In this document: piece by piece, positions 1-12,300 of the stretch
Numbering within the stretch: the stretch's first letter is position 1
Layout: every line of letters begins with the position of its first letter
From: Macrostomum lignano
Taxonomy: Eukaryota
Reading direction: 5' to 3'
Assembly (NCBI GenBank): GCA_002269645.1
Contig: NIVC01001105.1
Location: 24,334 to 88,333 of the forward strand
Length of the DNA stretch: 64,000 nucleotides
The notes under the pieces: generated by a model
Databases searched by the model: none
What the model saw: the letters and a program-made list of their open reading frames with translations, nothing else
What the model was told of the DNA's origin: nothing
Program-made: the position numbers and the translations under genes

Positions 1-223
1 TGACAAATAGGCAAAATTGGCTTGCTATCATGCTCCAGATAATAACTTTTTAATAAATAGCGTTTATACTGAGCCAGTAATAATTATGTTAGCCTTTAAT
101 AAACTAATAATGACTGATTTAACTTATCATTAATGAAGTCTATCAGTCAGTCGGAACAGTCTCAGTCAGCCTCAAAGCAGCAATCTCAGGCACTATTATT
201 ATCACAGCACCAAAAACACTCAC

Positions 224-460
224 CGTCCGTCGTTCGTTGGGCTCAGCTTCAAACGAGTTGCGGATCTTTTTTAGATTTCCGGCAACATCGTTGCGCACGG
301 GCTTGAAAGCGAAGCCGAGCAAATCAAAGAATTCAATTAGCAAAGCGCCGACGTCGCACATTTTCTCAACATTAATGTCGCGACCGTGATCCTTACTGAA
401 GACTATGCTCCAATCAACGGCGTGAAAGAAACTTATCGGCTTGGCTCCCGCTGCTGTCAT
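224..460 (-). CDS. GLTP: Glycolipid transfer protein family, first coding exon (gene continues off the left edge)
   Basis: FFDLLGFAFKPVRNDVAGNLKKIR resembles the GLTP/FAPP2 N-terminal motif (FFDCLGSPVFTPIKADISGNITKIK). ATG at 460, phase-0 donor ACG|GTGAGT at 224/223. Confidence 0.75.
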
Positions 461-575
461 GGCTGGCCGTGGTGCTGCAGATAATTGATAGTGAGCAAAA
501 TTGCTGAGATGTGGTGGGGGAATTACTGAAATGCTTTGGCTGTTGGGGGGATTGATGAAATGTCAAAGCTCACAT

Positions 576-805
576 TTTAGTGTCTGTTATACTGTCTTTC
601 TGTCTGTCTTAGTGTCTTTCTGTCCCTCTGTCTGTCTTAGTGTCTTTCTGTCTCTGTCTGTCTGTCAGTATCTGTCTCTCACTGTCTGACTCTCACTAAT
701 CTGTCTTAGTGTTTTTCGTCTGATGTCTCTCTTTCTGCCTGTCTTAGTGTCTGTCTGTCTGTCTGTCTGTCACTCTCTCTCTCTCTGTGTCACCCTCTCT
801 CTCTC

Positions 806-896
<91 letters not shown>

Positions 897-1050
897 GACT
901 ATCTTAGTGTCTATCTGTCTGACTGTCTCTCTGTCTGCCTGTCTTAGTGTCTGTCTATCTGTGTTAGTGTCTATCTGTCTTAGTGTCTGTCTATCTGTCT
1001 TAGTGTCTGTCTATCTGTCTCAGTGTCTGACTGTTTCTCTGTCTGTGTTT
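576..1050. repeat. Compound (TCTG)n/(CT)n microsatellite with TCTTAGTG variant units
   Basis: Directly visible; pure (CT)n at about 800-893. Produces the SLSL/VCLS ORFs. Confidence 0.95.
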
Positions 1051-1404
1051 ACTTGGACATTTCGTCAGTATTTTTCCCTCCTTACATGGATCACCAATGT
1101 TATCTGGACCCCCCTTACATGGTCCACTCTATATTTCTTCGACATAAAAAGCTAAAACTTTTTAAATAGACCTAAAATGGAGTCTAACAAATTTTAAATA
1201 GACCTAAAAATGGAGTCTAACAAAGGTGGTCCTCAAAGTTGCTCATTCAAAGTGCTGTTGGTTCCAAGTTACAAGAGTTTCAGTTTACTTGGATCCTTCA
1301 CGCGGTCCATCTAAACCGAGGTCCACGAAAATCAAAATTTCCCACAACCCATTTTCAAAAAATGGTGTCTGTTTTGTATCTGTTAGGCAAATTGGTAGCT
1401 AAAT

Positions 1405-1700
1405 TTCCCGAATGACTGGCCTCTACTTATCTGAAAAAATATGTTGCAACTGTGTCTTAAATACTAGAACTACGAGATAATAAACTTGAATGTGCTGTCC
1501 AACCAATCTGGCATAGCTTAAAGGTACAAAACACCTTTTTATCGGCTTCATTAAGACGCTATTGAGTTGGCAAAGGTTGGAAAACTAATGCTCACTATCG
1601 AAGCCGGCCAATTTGACAAGCTGAAAGGGAAAACCATCGATCAAATCCATCTGGAAGACATTGATGCTACAGTTGAGGAAAAGGAAAATAACCTATGCGA
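1405..1700 (+). pseudogene. Decayed tyrosine-recombinase (Crypton-like DNA transposon) C-terminal fragment
   Basis: Across two frames it reads PE*LASTYLKKYVATVS*ILELRDNKLE ... FYRLH*DAIELAKVGKLMLTIEAGQFDKLKGKTIDQI. This resembles the recalled animal YR motif STKLRKHVAT..ILNL..GH...YYRL...LAK.SK.L..E.G....KGK.LDEI. Multiple stops and a frameshift. Confidence 0.55.
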
Positions 1701-1974
1701 AGAACCATTGCAAAGTGCTGCAAGATCTTATTACTAGGACATTTCTGCCAACAAAGAGGCGTCAAAATGACACATCAAATAATGCAAAGCAAGCTAGAAC
1801 TTCGGGCCGCCCCAATGAAGCCAGGTTGTTAGGTGCAACAGGAAACTCCTGTTGACTTTTGCAGTGCTCTGCTATTTATCAAGCAAATTGGAAAACAGAA
1901 ACGTAAAGAAGTAAGGAGTATGGACAGTGACAATGGCAATAATAACAATGGCTCTAATAGAAGGGTGAATAGCT

Positions 1975-2240
1975 GAAAACCAGAGCTCATTGGGAACTGC
2001 TGAGATGTCAAAACTCATGAGGGGATTAATGAAATGCTGTGGCTCATGGGGGATTGCTAAGATATAAAGGCTCATTTTGAAAATTGCTGAGATAGCAAGA
2101 CTCACAGGTGGAGTCACTACTCACTAAGGTAGAAAAACTCACAGGTGGAGTTGCTAAAATGTCAATGCTCACTGAGGAACTGCTAAGATGCCAATACTCG
2201 TGAGGGGATTGCTGAAATGGTGTGGCTTATGGGAGGTTGT
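1975..2240. repeat. Old degenerate minisatellite (GGGGATTGCTGAAATG-like), related to 490-570
   Basis: Recurrent GGA(A/T)TGCTGA(A/G)ATG and CTCACAGGTGGAG motifs. Confidence 0.55.
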
Positions 2241-3238
2241 TAACATGAAGTTGTTGGTAGGCCAAGCCAAAGGTATATCAAATGGAGTTAGGGTTAAGCC
2301 ATGGCTTAAAGAGAAGCTTTGATCTCAAAGCTCACAGAGGATTCCGATATAATAGGCTAGACAGCTAGCTTTTAGGTTTCTTGCTTTAAATATATATTTT
2401 CTTATAGGATGCCAACAATAGTGGATGTACAAGGTCAAAATACCTATACCTAGCTCATTCAAGAAAATATTCTTTTCTTATCCAACAAATGCAGTGCAGA
2501 TTGCTAGTATATAGCTAAAAATGCAGCGCTATGTTATGTAAAAGAATTATTACTATATAGGTGTATGCAAGTCATAGAAAAGGAATAGAATCAATGTTAC
2601 TAAATTTTTAGACTTTTTAGCAAGTATTGCCCTTTTCTTTTATCTTTGTTCTTATCTCTATCTTATTCATCTTCCCATTTATCACAAATTGAGCTGATGC
2701 ATAGAAGTGGGAATTTTTTTATGAATTTTGGTTTTTATAAAAAGTATAGCTTAATCAATTCATATAAAAATCTTTTAGTGTAGTAAATAAGCAGTTTCTT
2801 AATTTAATCTATACTGATGCATCCTAATGGACAAGGTGCCCAAACACTAATAAGCCTTGGTATTGCTCTGCCATAGCTACTAGATCCTTGAGTGTTATAA
2901 ATTCAGCCTTTGATATGCACATAGCTTTTTATCACATACTTTAATTCTTACCAATTTTTATCTTATCATTGAGAGTTTTGAAGGCTAGACTTTTAGATTT
3001 TTATCTAGCACTAACTCTGAATTAAATCAAGACTTTTTTAAAGTACTTAGCTATTATAAAATAATTCATATACTAATACTATGTGCATATCTTTTTTAAT
3101 CACTTTAGACCCTCTGGCAATTTTGATTATTCATGTCAGCTTCCTATGAAAAAGTAACTTTATTTGCCATTTTGCAAATATAAATCTTTAGTCTGTGTGG
3201 CTATGGTTTTTAATATATTTGCATTTTTTGAATAAGAG

Positions 3239-3770
3239 CAGTGGTGTGATTGGAAAGTTTGCCAAATTTCGCGCCGACTGAAATTTTTTGCGCCATGCCA
3301 ATAATATTCTATTGACAGCCAAATAAGTCAATTGATGACACTTTTGAAGATGCGTCTGGCTACCAATTAGCATGTCTCTTAAGTCACAGCCGTGTCCCCC
3401 CCTGAACTTCTTGTTGGCGATGTCTGCAGGCAGACGACTGCTCGTGCTGGTGATTGACGACGTTGACAGCAGCTCAGCAGCCTTGCGCTTCAAGACGAGC
3501 TCAGCTAGCTTCTCTGCCTCCTTCTGCTTCTTCTTCTGCACATTCTGCTGCTGACGCCTGAGATTGAACTCAGTTTGTTAGATTAATCTCCTAAGCTATG
3601 ACATTCTTGTATTTCATACTGTCTGACAAGAGAATAAGTGTAAAAAGCAGAAAATAAGAATGCAATTTTCCCGCCCATGGTTCCACAAAATTTCGCGCCA
3701 GACCCCCAGGATTCGCGCATTCGCGCCATTTTCGTGCCTGGCGCGAATTCGCGCCTGAATCACACCACTG
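3239..3770. mobile_element. Non-autonomous hAT element (MITE), 532 bp
   Basis: Perfect 13-bp TIRs CAGTGGTGTGATT / AATCACACCACTG; perfect 8-bp TSD AATAAGAG (3231-3238, 3771-3778); subterminal TTCGCGCC motifs at both ends. Confidence 0.9.
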
Positions 3771-5573
3771 AATAAGAGATATACTTCTCTCTTTTCTTTT
3801 TTCCTTTGACCTAGAGTCTTAATAATATAGATTTTTATCTAGCTGTTAAAGAAAGTTTGTCAACCCCTAATAACCTATTAAGCTTAAGCCTATGCTAGAT
3901 TAGTATATTTAATAGTTAAACACAAAGCTTACATTAACAAAGTCCTAAGATATTCCTGGGCCAAGATAATAGGCCCTATAGGCTATAGGTCATAATAAAA
4001 AACATTGCCTTTGTCAAAAAAACAAAACAGAACAAAAACAAAAAAGTTCTTAGGCCTTACTTTCCTATGTGCAAACAAGTAAATCAGACCTAAGAATGTT
4101 GCAAAGAGGGTAGTTACACTAATATATTGCTATGGATAGATGCAAGAGTATTTACAAAATTCTTCACTTTTATAGAATTGACAAGTAGTCCAACTTAATT
4201 AGGCCTAATGTTAGTTTTGTATTGAATATAACTTTTTTCATATATCCCAGAATTAATTTAGGGAATTTTAAGAATTTATAGACACATTTCAGTTGGCTAT
4301 TGATTAGACCAATTATGTGAGCATGTTGCAGTTCTATTATAATCAAAATTCAATAACTAGTATCTTTGCTTTTACAGAAGCAGATGCCTTTAATTTTTTT
4401 GTACTCTTATATACTTAGTTTACTCATTCACTTTCATATATTTCTCTTCACGCCACCCCTTTCAACTCTGTCTAATGTCCACTATTCTCTCAAAACTTAA
4501 AAAGATTCTCTCTATTATACTCTCTTCACATGCTACATATATTGTATGACAGGCCTTGCAAGCCATCTTCCCTATAGTCAGGCTTCAAGGCTGCCTTTTT
4601 CACTATGCATAGGTAATATTTTGTTGCATTTAGTATCTAGGAGTATAACAGGCCTACCTGATAGAGATAGACCCATGTACAAAAAAAATCACTAGGATAC
4701 CCATGGGCCTGCTATATTTACCATACTAGCATATGAACAATAACCTGGTACAAGTTATCACTAGAGTATAATATAAGCACCACTTTTACTGGACCTGGCT
4801 AAGTACATCAATAGTATTTGACTGACCAACCCTATACATTGCATTGATGAAAAAAAAAACATTTTTATGGCCATTGGCCAGTTTATCTAGACAAACAAGG
4901 TGGAAGGTTAGCATTAGTGACTAAAGCAGTAGGCTGAGAGTGCAACTCACCCTATACCCTCTCATTCAGCTGCTCTACAGGGAGATGCTACTAGTATCTA
5001 TGCATGCCATACTAATGCAACAAGGACTATAAGAATAACATTGGGTATGGTAAAAGCAGCTGCAAGTACAAATGGAGCAGTAGAAGAAATAGTACTACAG
5101 CAGATATTTTTTATTTGTATATTCTTGCTCGGCTATATAATACTTAGTAACTTAGCCATATTCTGTATTTTGTGAACAAAGCAGAACAATAGCAATAGCA
5201 ATACTAATAGTAATACCTAAATTGCAGCTAAGTGCAAGACTTTTAAATGACTTGTATACATATACTTTCTAATATGAATGACTTCTGGTAACCACATGGC
5301 TTATATCCACTTGCACTTATTGCTTATATGCATTGTTTTGACAAAACTTAATGATTTGTAAAGTTCTTATAAAATTTATAATTCATTAAATTTCAAAACA
5401 TTGCATTTTACATTTGGTTTATAATAAACCTGATTATAATGTAAACATTCACTGTGTGGCATGCATGTATGTATACTACATGTACAATATATATGTATAC
5501 AGATCATGCTTGGGTGCAACCTAGGGATTCACCTGGGAATAGGCCCTATCACTTAGGGATAGGCCCTATCTTC

Positions 5574-5689
5574 CTATTTCAATACTTGACCACAATTACA
5601 AGGACTTTTCGACTTGATATGTATAAAAGTATATAAGTATATAAATATTATATCAAGGCTTTGTCATTATGGTCAAGTATTGAAATAAG
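5574..5689. repeat. Small imperfect palindrome (mini foldback)
   Basis: TTTCAATACTTGACCA near 5577 pairs with TGGTCAAGTATTGAAA near 5670; inner arms CTTGATAT/ATATCAAG. Confidence 0.6.
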
Positions 5690-5700
5690 ATTATTTGTTA

Positions 5701-6292
5701 GGCAGTGCTTATCCCCACGGTACCGTAGGAATAATTTCTGTCTTATTCCAACGGTACCGTGGGGATAATTTTCTGCTTATCCGCACGGCACATTGACGAG
5801 ATAGCTGCCCCATCTTCTACATATGCCGTGGGAATAATTTTCTGCTTATCCGCACGGGTGAATTGTTGAAGCAATGCAATAATCTATACAAACAAATTGA
5901 GAATTTACATGTCTAGTAAGAAGTCTACAGAAGCAGCGGCAATGGACTTTTCGGGGATGTCGGGATTAGACTAGTTGCTAAAAGTTCTTAAATTGTAAAC
6001 AATTACTAGAGCAATTCATCTTAAATCATACGTCATAAATACAAAAAAGTGTTTTTTTGCGTAAAAAGGCCATTAAATCTTTACTTCTATCAAAATAATA
6101 GCCAAGCAAAGTTATGTTGTTATATTGCACTCAAACCGTAAGTACTAAACTAAATTATGAACCCACGGCATATGTAGAAGATAGGCAGCTATCTCGTCAG
6201 TGTGCCGTGCGGATAAGCAGAAAATTATCCCCACGGTACCGTTGGAATAAGACAGAAATTATTCCTACGGTACCGTGGGGATAAGCACTGCC
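5701..6292. mobile_element. MITE with about 130-bp TIRs, PIF/Harbinger-like
   Basis: Near-perfect long inverted repeats starting GGCAGTGCTTATCCCCACGGTACCG; flanks TTA / ATA (imperfect 3-bp TWA-type TSD). Confidence 0.8.
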
Positions 6293-6947
6293 ATAAGAAA
6301 AATATTAACAAATCGAAAACTGATATCGGCCTAGTAGGAAATTGTTTAGTAGGACTATAATAGGATAGAAATAGGCCCTAGGGCGTAGGGCCTGGCCTAA
6401 TAAAGTTAAGCTAAGCAGACTGCAGTAAGCTCCCAATTCTATTCTAAAACCTGGTCAAAGTAAAAAACAAACTTGCGCCATTTTATTACGGATGTTTCTT
6501 GACGTAGAGCTGTATAGCCTGCAATACTAGTAGGTTTGCACCGGCTGCATGCATTTGTTGGGCTAAAAAGCCCCGTATATCTCGTGTACACAAGATTAGA
6601 GTCTTTGGACTATATATAGTCCATATGGACGCGGTTGAACTGCCAGTCAAATAATAAGATCGTCACCATTTATCCAGTTATTGTTATTAATTTTAGATTT
6701 TCAAGTTTTTTATAATTGTAAATGTGAATCATCAATACAAATTATAATACATTAGTGCGGTAAAATCACATTACTTGTCATTTAGTTTGTTTTACTGTAT
6801 TTAGATTTCTTTAATACTCCGGAAGTACAACCTGCTGCCTTCGCTCAACAACCTTCGACTCCAACAACTCTATCTTTGCACGGCCGTACGTTAATTTCAA
6901 TTTTTAAGCTTAATTACAATATAAGCTTGCATTGTTTTAACTTTTTA

Positions 6948-7106
<159 letters not shown>

Positions 7107-8997
7107 TAGTCAGCCAGTCAGTCAGCCAGGGTTGCTTAGTAGGTTAGCGTTAGGGCCTCTAAAAATACACTGCTCAGGTGGGTGTCACAATAAATATTGC
7201 AGTCGGCTCGCCACTCATTCTAATGCCTCGAGGGAGCTCTAACGGCAAATTAGGGTGTAGACAGGTGAGCCACTCATGCTGGCTGTGAGTGATTGGGTAT
7301 ATGCGACGCAGGTTTTGAATATCAAGTTTTGAAGAATATAGCTTGTGCGGAGTTGCCAGCTGCAGCAAATTTAACAGTTCGGAAGGAGACTCTCTCTTAA
7401 TTAGATTCTCTTCAAGGCTGACAGTAATTGTATTTTTTATGGTCAGCTATAATTTAGATAGCTCACTCATTTAAAGTGCATGCGATACCTCAAGCTTTAT
7501 TTTTTAAACTAAAGATGCATTCAGCGTATCTTTTTCTGTCTTAAACTTTGCTTATAGTATCTTCCTGATCTACTCCTATTCTAATTAAATTTCATTTCAT
7601 AATCGCCATTCCAAAACAGAAGCTCATGCAGGTCATAGATGCGGGGGTGTTTCGTATTATAGGACTTGTATTTGTGGCCTCACAGGTGCGACGTGCGAAA
7701 ATTTACGCATGATTTTTGTTTCATAAATTTTAACAAAAGCTACTACATGTAAATGTAAGTTCCTACAAGCTGCAAGAGAGTGGTTACAAGTTCGCGTAGT
7801 GCAAGCCTTTTGTTTCATATACATTTAGCGTCTATGTTTACAAAGCCCCAACGCTTTGCACAAGCTTGTAAATTTGTTTTAAAAGCACACATTCTTCCAC
7901 AACTTTCTTAGCATTGTTATCACCGAGATGAACTGGCTAAACAAAAGGTCCTTTGACTTGCGTATCTTCTCTACGATCGCCTTTCTTTAGGCTTTAAAAG
8001 TTTTAATAGCAGGCCGTTTGGGGGCCATGACTGCTTGTATCGATTAATTTTTCCATATAGCTTTTGTTGACAGCTAGCAGCCCTTTAGCCATTCGTGTAG
8101 TACATTGCAGTCTTCGTGGCATGCTTAGCACCAATGGCATCGGCTTCAACCCAACGATGTCAGTGCGTACACAACGAGCTGGCCACTCGGGTATAAAAGC
8201 CACTATAATGACTGTATTCCGATGCAAGCTATATATGTCTATCCAAGCTCCCATTGCAGTTCGCTATAATTGTCTAGAGTTGGCAAAGCGAGAGAACAAT
8301 TCCAGCTCAGCTTCTCTGCTCATTTATCTTTCTTGAATTGGCGATGTCCCAACAGTGTTTTGCATACAGCATATTGGAGCTATATATATGTATATAATGA
8401 AGAATGAAGCTGGGATGGGTCAGAAAATGGGCAAGCAGAGTAAACTGCTGCTAGAGTCGTACGGACTCCACACCAGCGAGTGCTACAGTACCTTGCCGTT
8501 CAGCCATGCCAGCTAGCTAAGAACGGTGACAGCGGGAAAGGCTTGGGGCGGTTCAAGTTGCCACTGCCTCGTTATAGTTTGGCCTCTCAGAAACTTCGTT
8601 CCTGGCAGCCTACTCTTTCGATATTGTAGCTCATTTTTTCGACTCCATCTTTCGCTCTTATCTCTATCTTTTTCATTGTGCCCAACTCTGCCGCACTGCA
8701 TCAAAGAGGTGATAGTCTAGAGAAGAAAAAAGCAACGCAGACAGACGAAAGACGCAACACAAGCGAGCCAGTTTTAAGCGAAAGAATTAGCGGGTTAGAT
8801 AGAGACACGGTACGCAGGACCAGTCTCGAAGACTTAGCATAAAAGTGGGAAAATTTGCACAGAATAAAATCATCAACGAATCCCGCCGAACAGAAAAGCT
8901 GGTCATATTGTCTGAGCAGGTTCCCTAATAGCAGGAAAAATTTATTCTGGCCTCATCAGTCTGGCAAAATATCGCCAAATACCTGCGCCAATAGTGA

Positions 8998-9792
<795 letters not shown>

Positions 9793-10071
9793 TGAGGTTC
9801 GGCACATGCATGTATTCGTAGATAGAGTTGGTACTTTTAATTAAAATTACGAGAACAAACTAGGAGACGCAGAGAATAAATCTAGTAATTATATTAGGAG
9901 TTAAGTGCATTGTGGTATAAAAGTCAAACTCAAACACCTTCACGATGCTACAACTATTAAAAAACCTACAATATACGAGTTAGTCATTGGTATTATATGT
10001 CAATGGCCTCTTAATATACCCTATCGTATTCGGATGCAGTTTACGAGCGTGACGTCGGGTTCAAATTTTAG

Positions 10072-10542
10072 GTGTTTCACGATATCACGGCTGTGATTTT
10101 TGTCTCCGCCTGCTCTGGCTACGATTCAAGACTGCGCGAGGACCCAACCCAGAATCGGCTGCAAGAGTCCATCGATCTGTTCCGCACCATCTGGAATAAC
10201 CGCTACCTGCGACAGAATTCCGTTATTCTGTTCCTAAACAAGCAGGACACATTCCAGGACAAGATTCTTAAAGGAAAGACCAAACTAGAAGACTACTTCG
10301 AAGCATTCAAGAGCTACCCGCAGCCGGCGCCTGATCCGCATTGTCCTGATGAGCAACCAGAACTGACGCGAGCCAAGAGTTTCGTACGCGACCAATTCCA
10401 GGCTATCGCTCAGGGCGACGGACAGCGGCGATGCTATCCGCACTATACGACTGCGGTGGACACAGAGAACATACGCCGCGTGTTCTCGGACTGTCAGAAC
10501 ATCCTTCGTCGGGTTTATATGACGCAGCTGAACCTGCTGTGA
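10072..10542 (+). CDS. GNAS: G protein alpha subunit, Gs family, exon 2 (spliced protein 410 aa)
   Basis: Acceptor TTTTAG at 10071, phase-0 join WIQ|VFHDITAVIFV; ILFLNKQD; YPHYTTAVDTENIRRVF; stop at 10540-10542. Confidence 0.93.
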   Translation: MFHDITAVIFVSACSGYDSRLREDPTQNRLQESIDLFRTIWNNRYLRQNSVILFLNKQDTFQDKILKGKTKLEDYFEAFKSYPQPAPDPHCPDEQPELTRAKSFVRDQFQAIAQGDGQRRCYPHYTTAVDTENIRRVFSDCQNILRRVYMTQLNLL

Positions 10543-12219
10543 TCAAGCAGCTGCATCACAAATTCATACGAGTAATTTGCGTTTGCGGCCTTCAATAACA
10601 ACGGTCGCTTCATAGAATCACCATGCACGCACACTTATAGGCTTCGTACAGGACATTGCGCGCTGTGCGGTGATGATGCTCGGCCGAGGTCTGTTTAGTC
10701 AGCTGCCTCTCTCGGATTCATCCCTATTTAGTCCTGTTGCTTCATCGTCTTAAATAATTTGAATTTTGTTTCTCCCACCAGAGGTTTAATTAATAAGTAC
10801 ACATGCACATTCGATTACTTTTTTTCCTTTCTGTGTTTTTGTTTTTCGTTTAATTGAAAAAATCCCAACCTGTGGATGCGGAAGCTTAATTAATGAGTGT
10901 TTTTACGTACAGTCAATTGTAGAAGATGGGATTCTATGAGTACTGAATACGCGGCATGTACTGTACTTGCAACTTAATTAAATTAACCAAGGGCCGCATG
11001 TTTAAGAAAGTTGTGATTGACAGTTGTCAGTTGAACGGCAGCAAAAGAGCTAGGAGACACGTACGAAGCTACTGTAAGAGTGTATCAATTTCTATTGAGC
11101 CATGGACACGCGCACAGATCCAGATTCCAGATTGTTATTTAGTTCCTAACATTTATAAAGATATAATAATTTTTATGAGGACGCACTTTTTTCCAAATCC
11201 CGCGCTAGCACATGGGCTCTACACTTATTGGCCTACTATAACAGTGGGCAATGGGCATTTTTCGGTCACTGTGGATTACCTGGTCTCCGGCTGTTGAGTT
11301 TCTGATTGGTTGCATGGGTGAGAGGCTACCTAGACTTGCTTGATTGGATGATCCCTTATCTGCCCCCTGTTTCAGTAGCTGGATTAGGCGCACACTTTTG
11401 CTCATTTTGTTCAGTAGTGCTGTTGCTGAGGCAGAAGTCATTCAATAATACTGCTAGTAGTCTAAACTCCAATTCAATCTGAAGTGTGAAGTGATCTAAG
11501 GAGAAGGTTAAATCTAACAGTTATTTTTATCGGTTTTATTTCTTTGTTCGCCGATGGCTCAGATGAGTAGCTAAGCTAGTAGGCGCCGGTCACAGTGGAC
11601 CAATGGCAAGGCAGTTCTCAGTCGATCAAACTACCAAATCAGTGAGCAAAACTGCCAGAAGTGCAGAATCGGCGCCAGAGATGTACTTTGTGCACTCTAG
11701 GTTAGCCAAGCGGCTCGGGTAAAGAATCATGCGGTCTCTGAAGTTCAAGTTAGTCTATCATCAGCGCTATGAGAGGCTAGTTGGCGCGTTGAAGGCCAAA
11801 AGTACATATCTTCATATTTAGCAATGTAATAGTACATGTAGCTACCCCATAGACTCGCCACTGCAAGAATCCCCTGCACAAGTCCCCTCTGTACAGCTGC
11901 TGCATGGCCAATGCGATCTAGTCCCAGCAGTGTCCCTTATATCATCGGCTATGACTTCGAGATAGACAGCAAAAAGACACTAGTTGGCAGGTAAGTGCAA
12001 AGCCCCTTCTAGTCGGAAGCCCGATTTCGAGAGTCCCGGTGTGGTGAGCCAGGGCGCACGGGCTGGTGGCAGCAAGTTAGTTGATCTGCGGATTGGCTAA
12101 TTTCTACTTTCAAAATTCTCCCTGCTCGTCTCTCGCTGTCCCTCTCTTAGCTATAGGACCTAGACTGCTCGCCACACGATCAAGCTACCATGGGGCTGAC
12201 CATCTGACAGGAGTGGGGG

Positions 12220-12300
12220 GCCAGGTCTCTAATTGATTTATTTCTGAGACCTGAGGCCCGAAGGCTTCCCCACAAGGGGCCGAAAGGTCGAAACCCATCT
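12220..12300 (+). other. Compact multi-hairpin element with hammerhead-like motifs (non-canonical core)
   Basis: CTGA-GACC...GGTC-GAAAC enclosing hairpins GCCCGAAGGC, CCCCACAAGGGG and CCGAAAGG; upstream stem CAGGTCTC/GAGACCTG. Confidence 0.3.

Noticed and set aside
7174-8340. Possible decayed transposase on the minus strand
   Set aside because: Reads as coding-like but has many stops and no motif I can assign with confidence.
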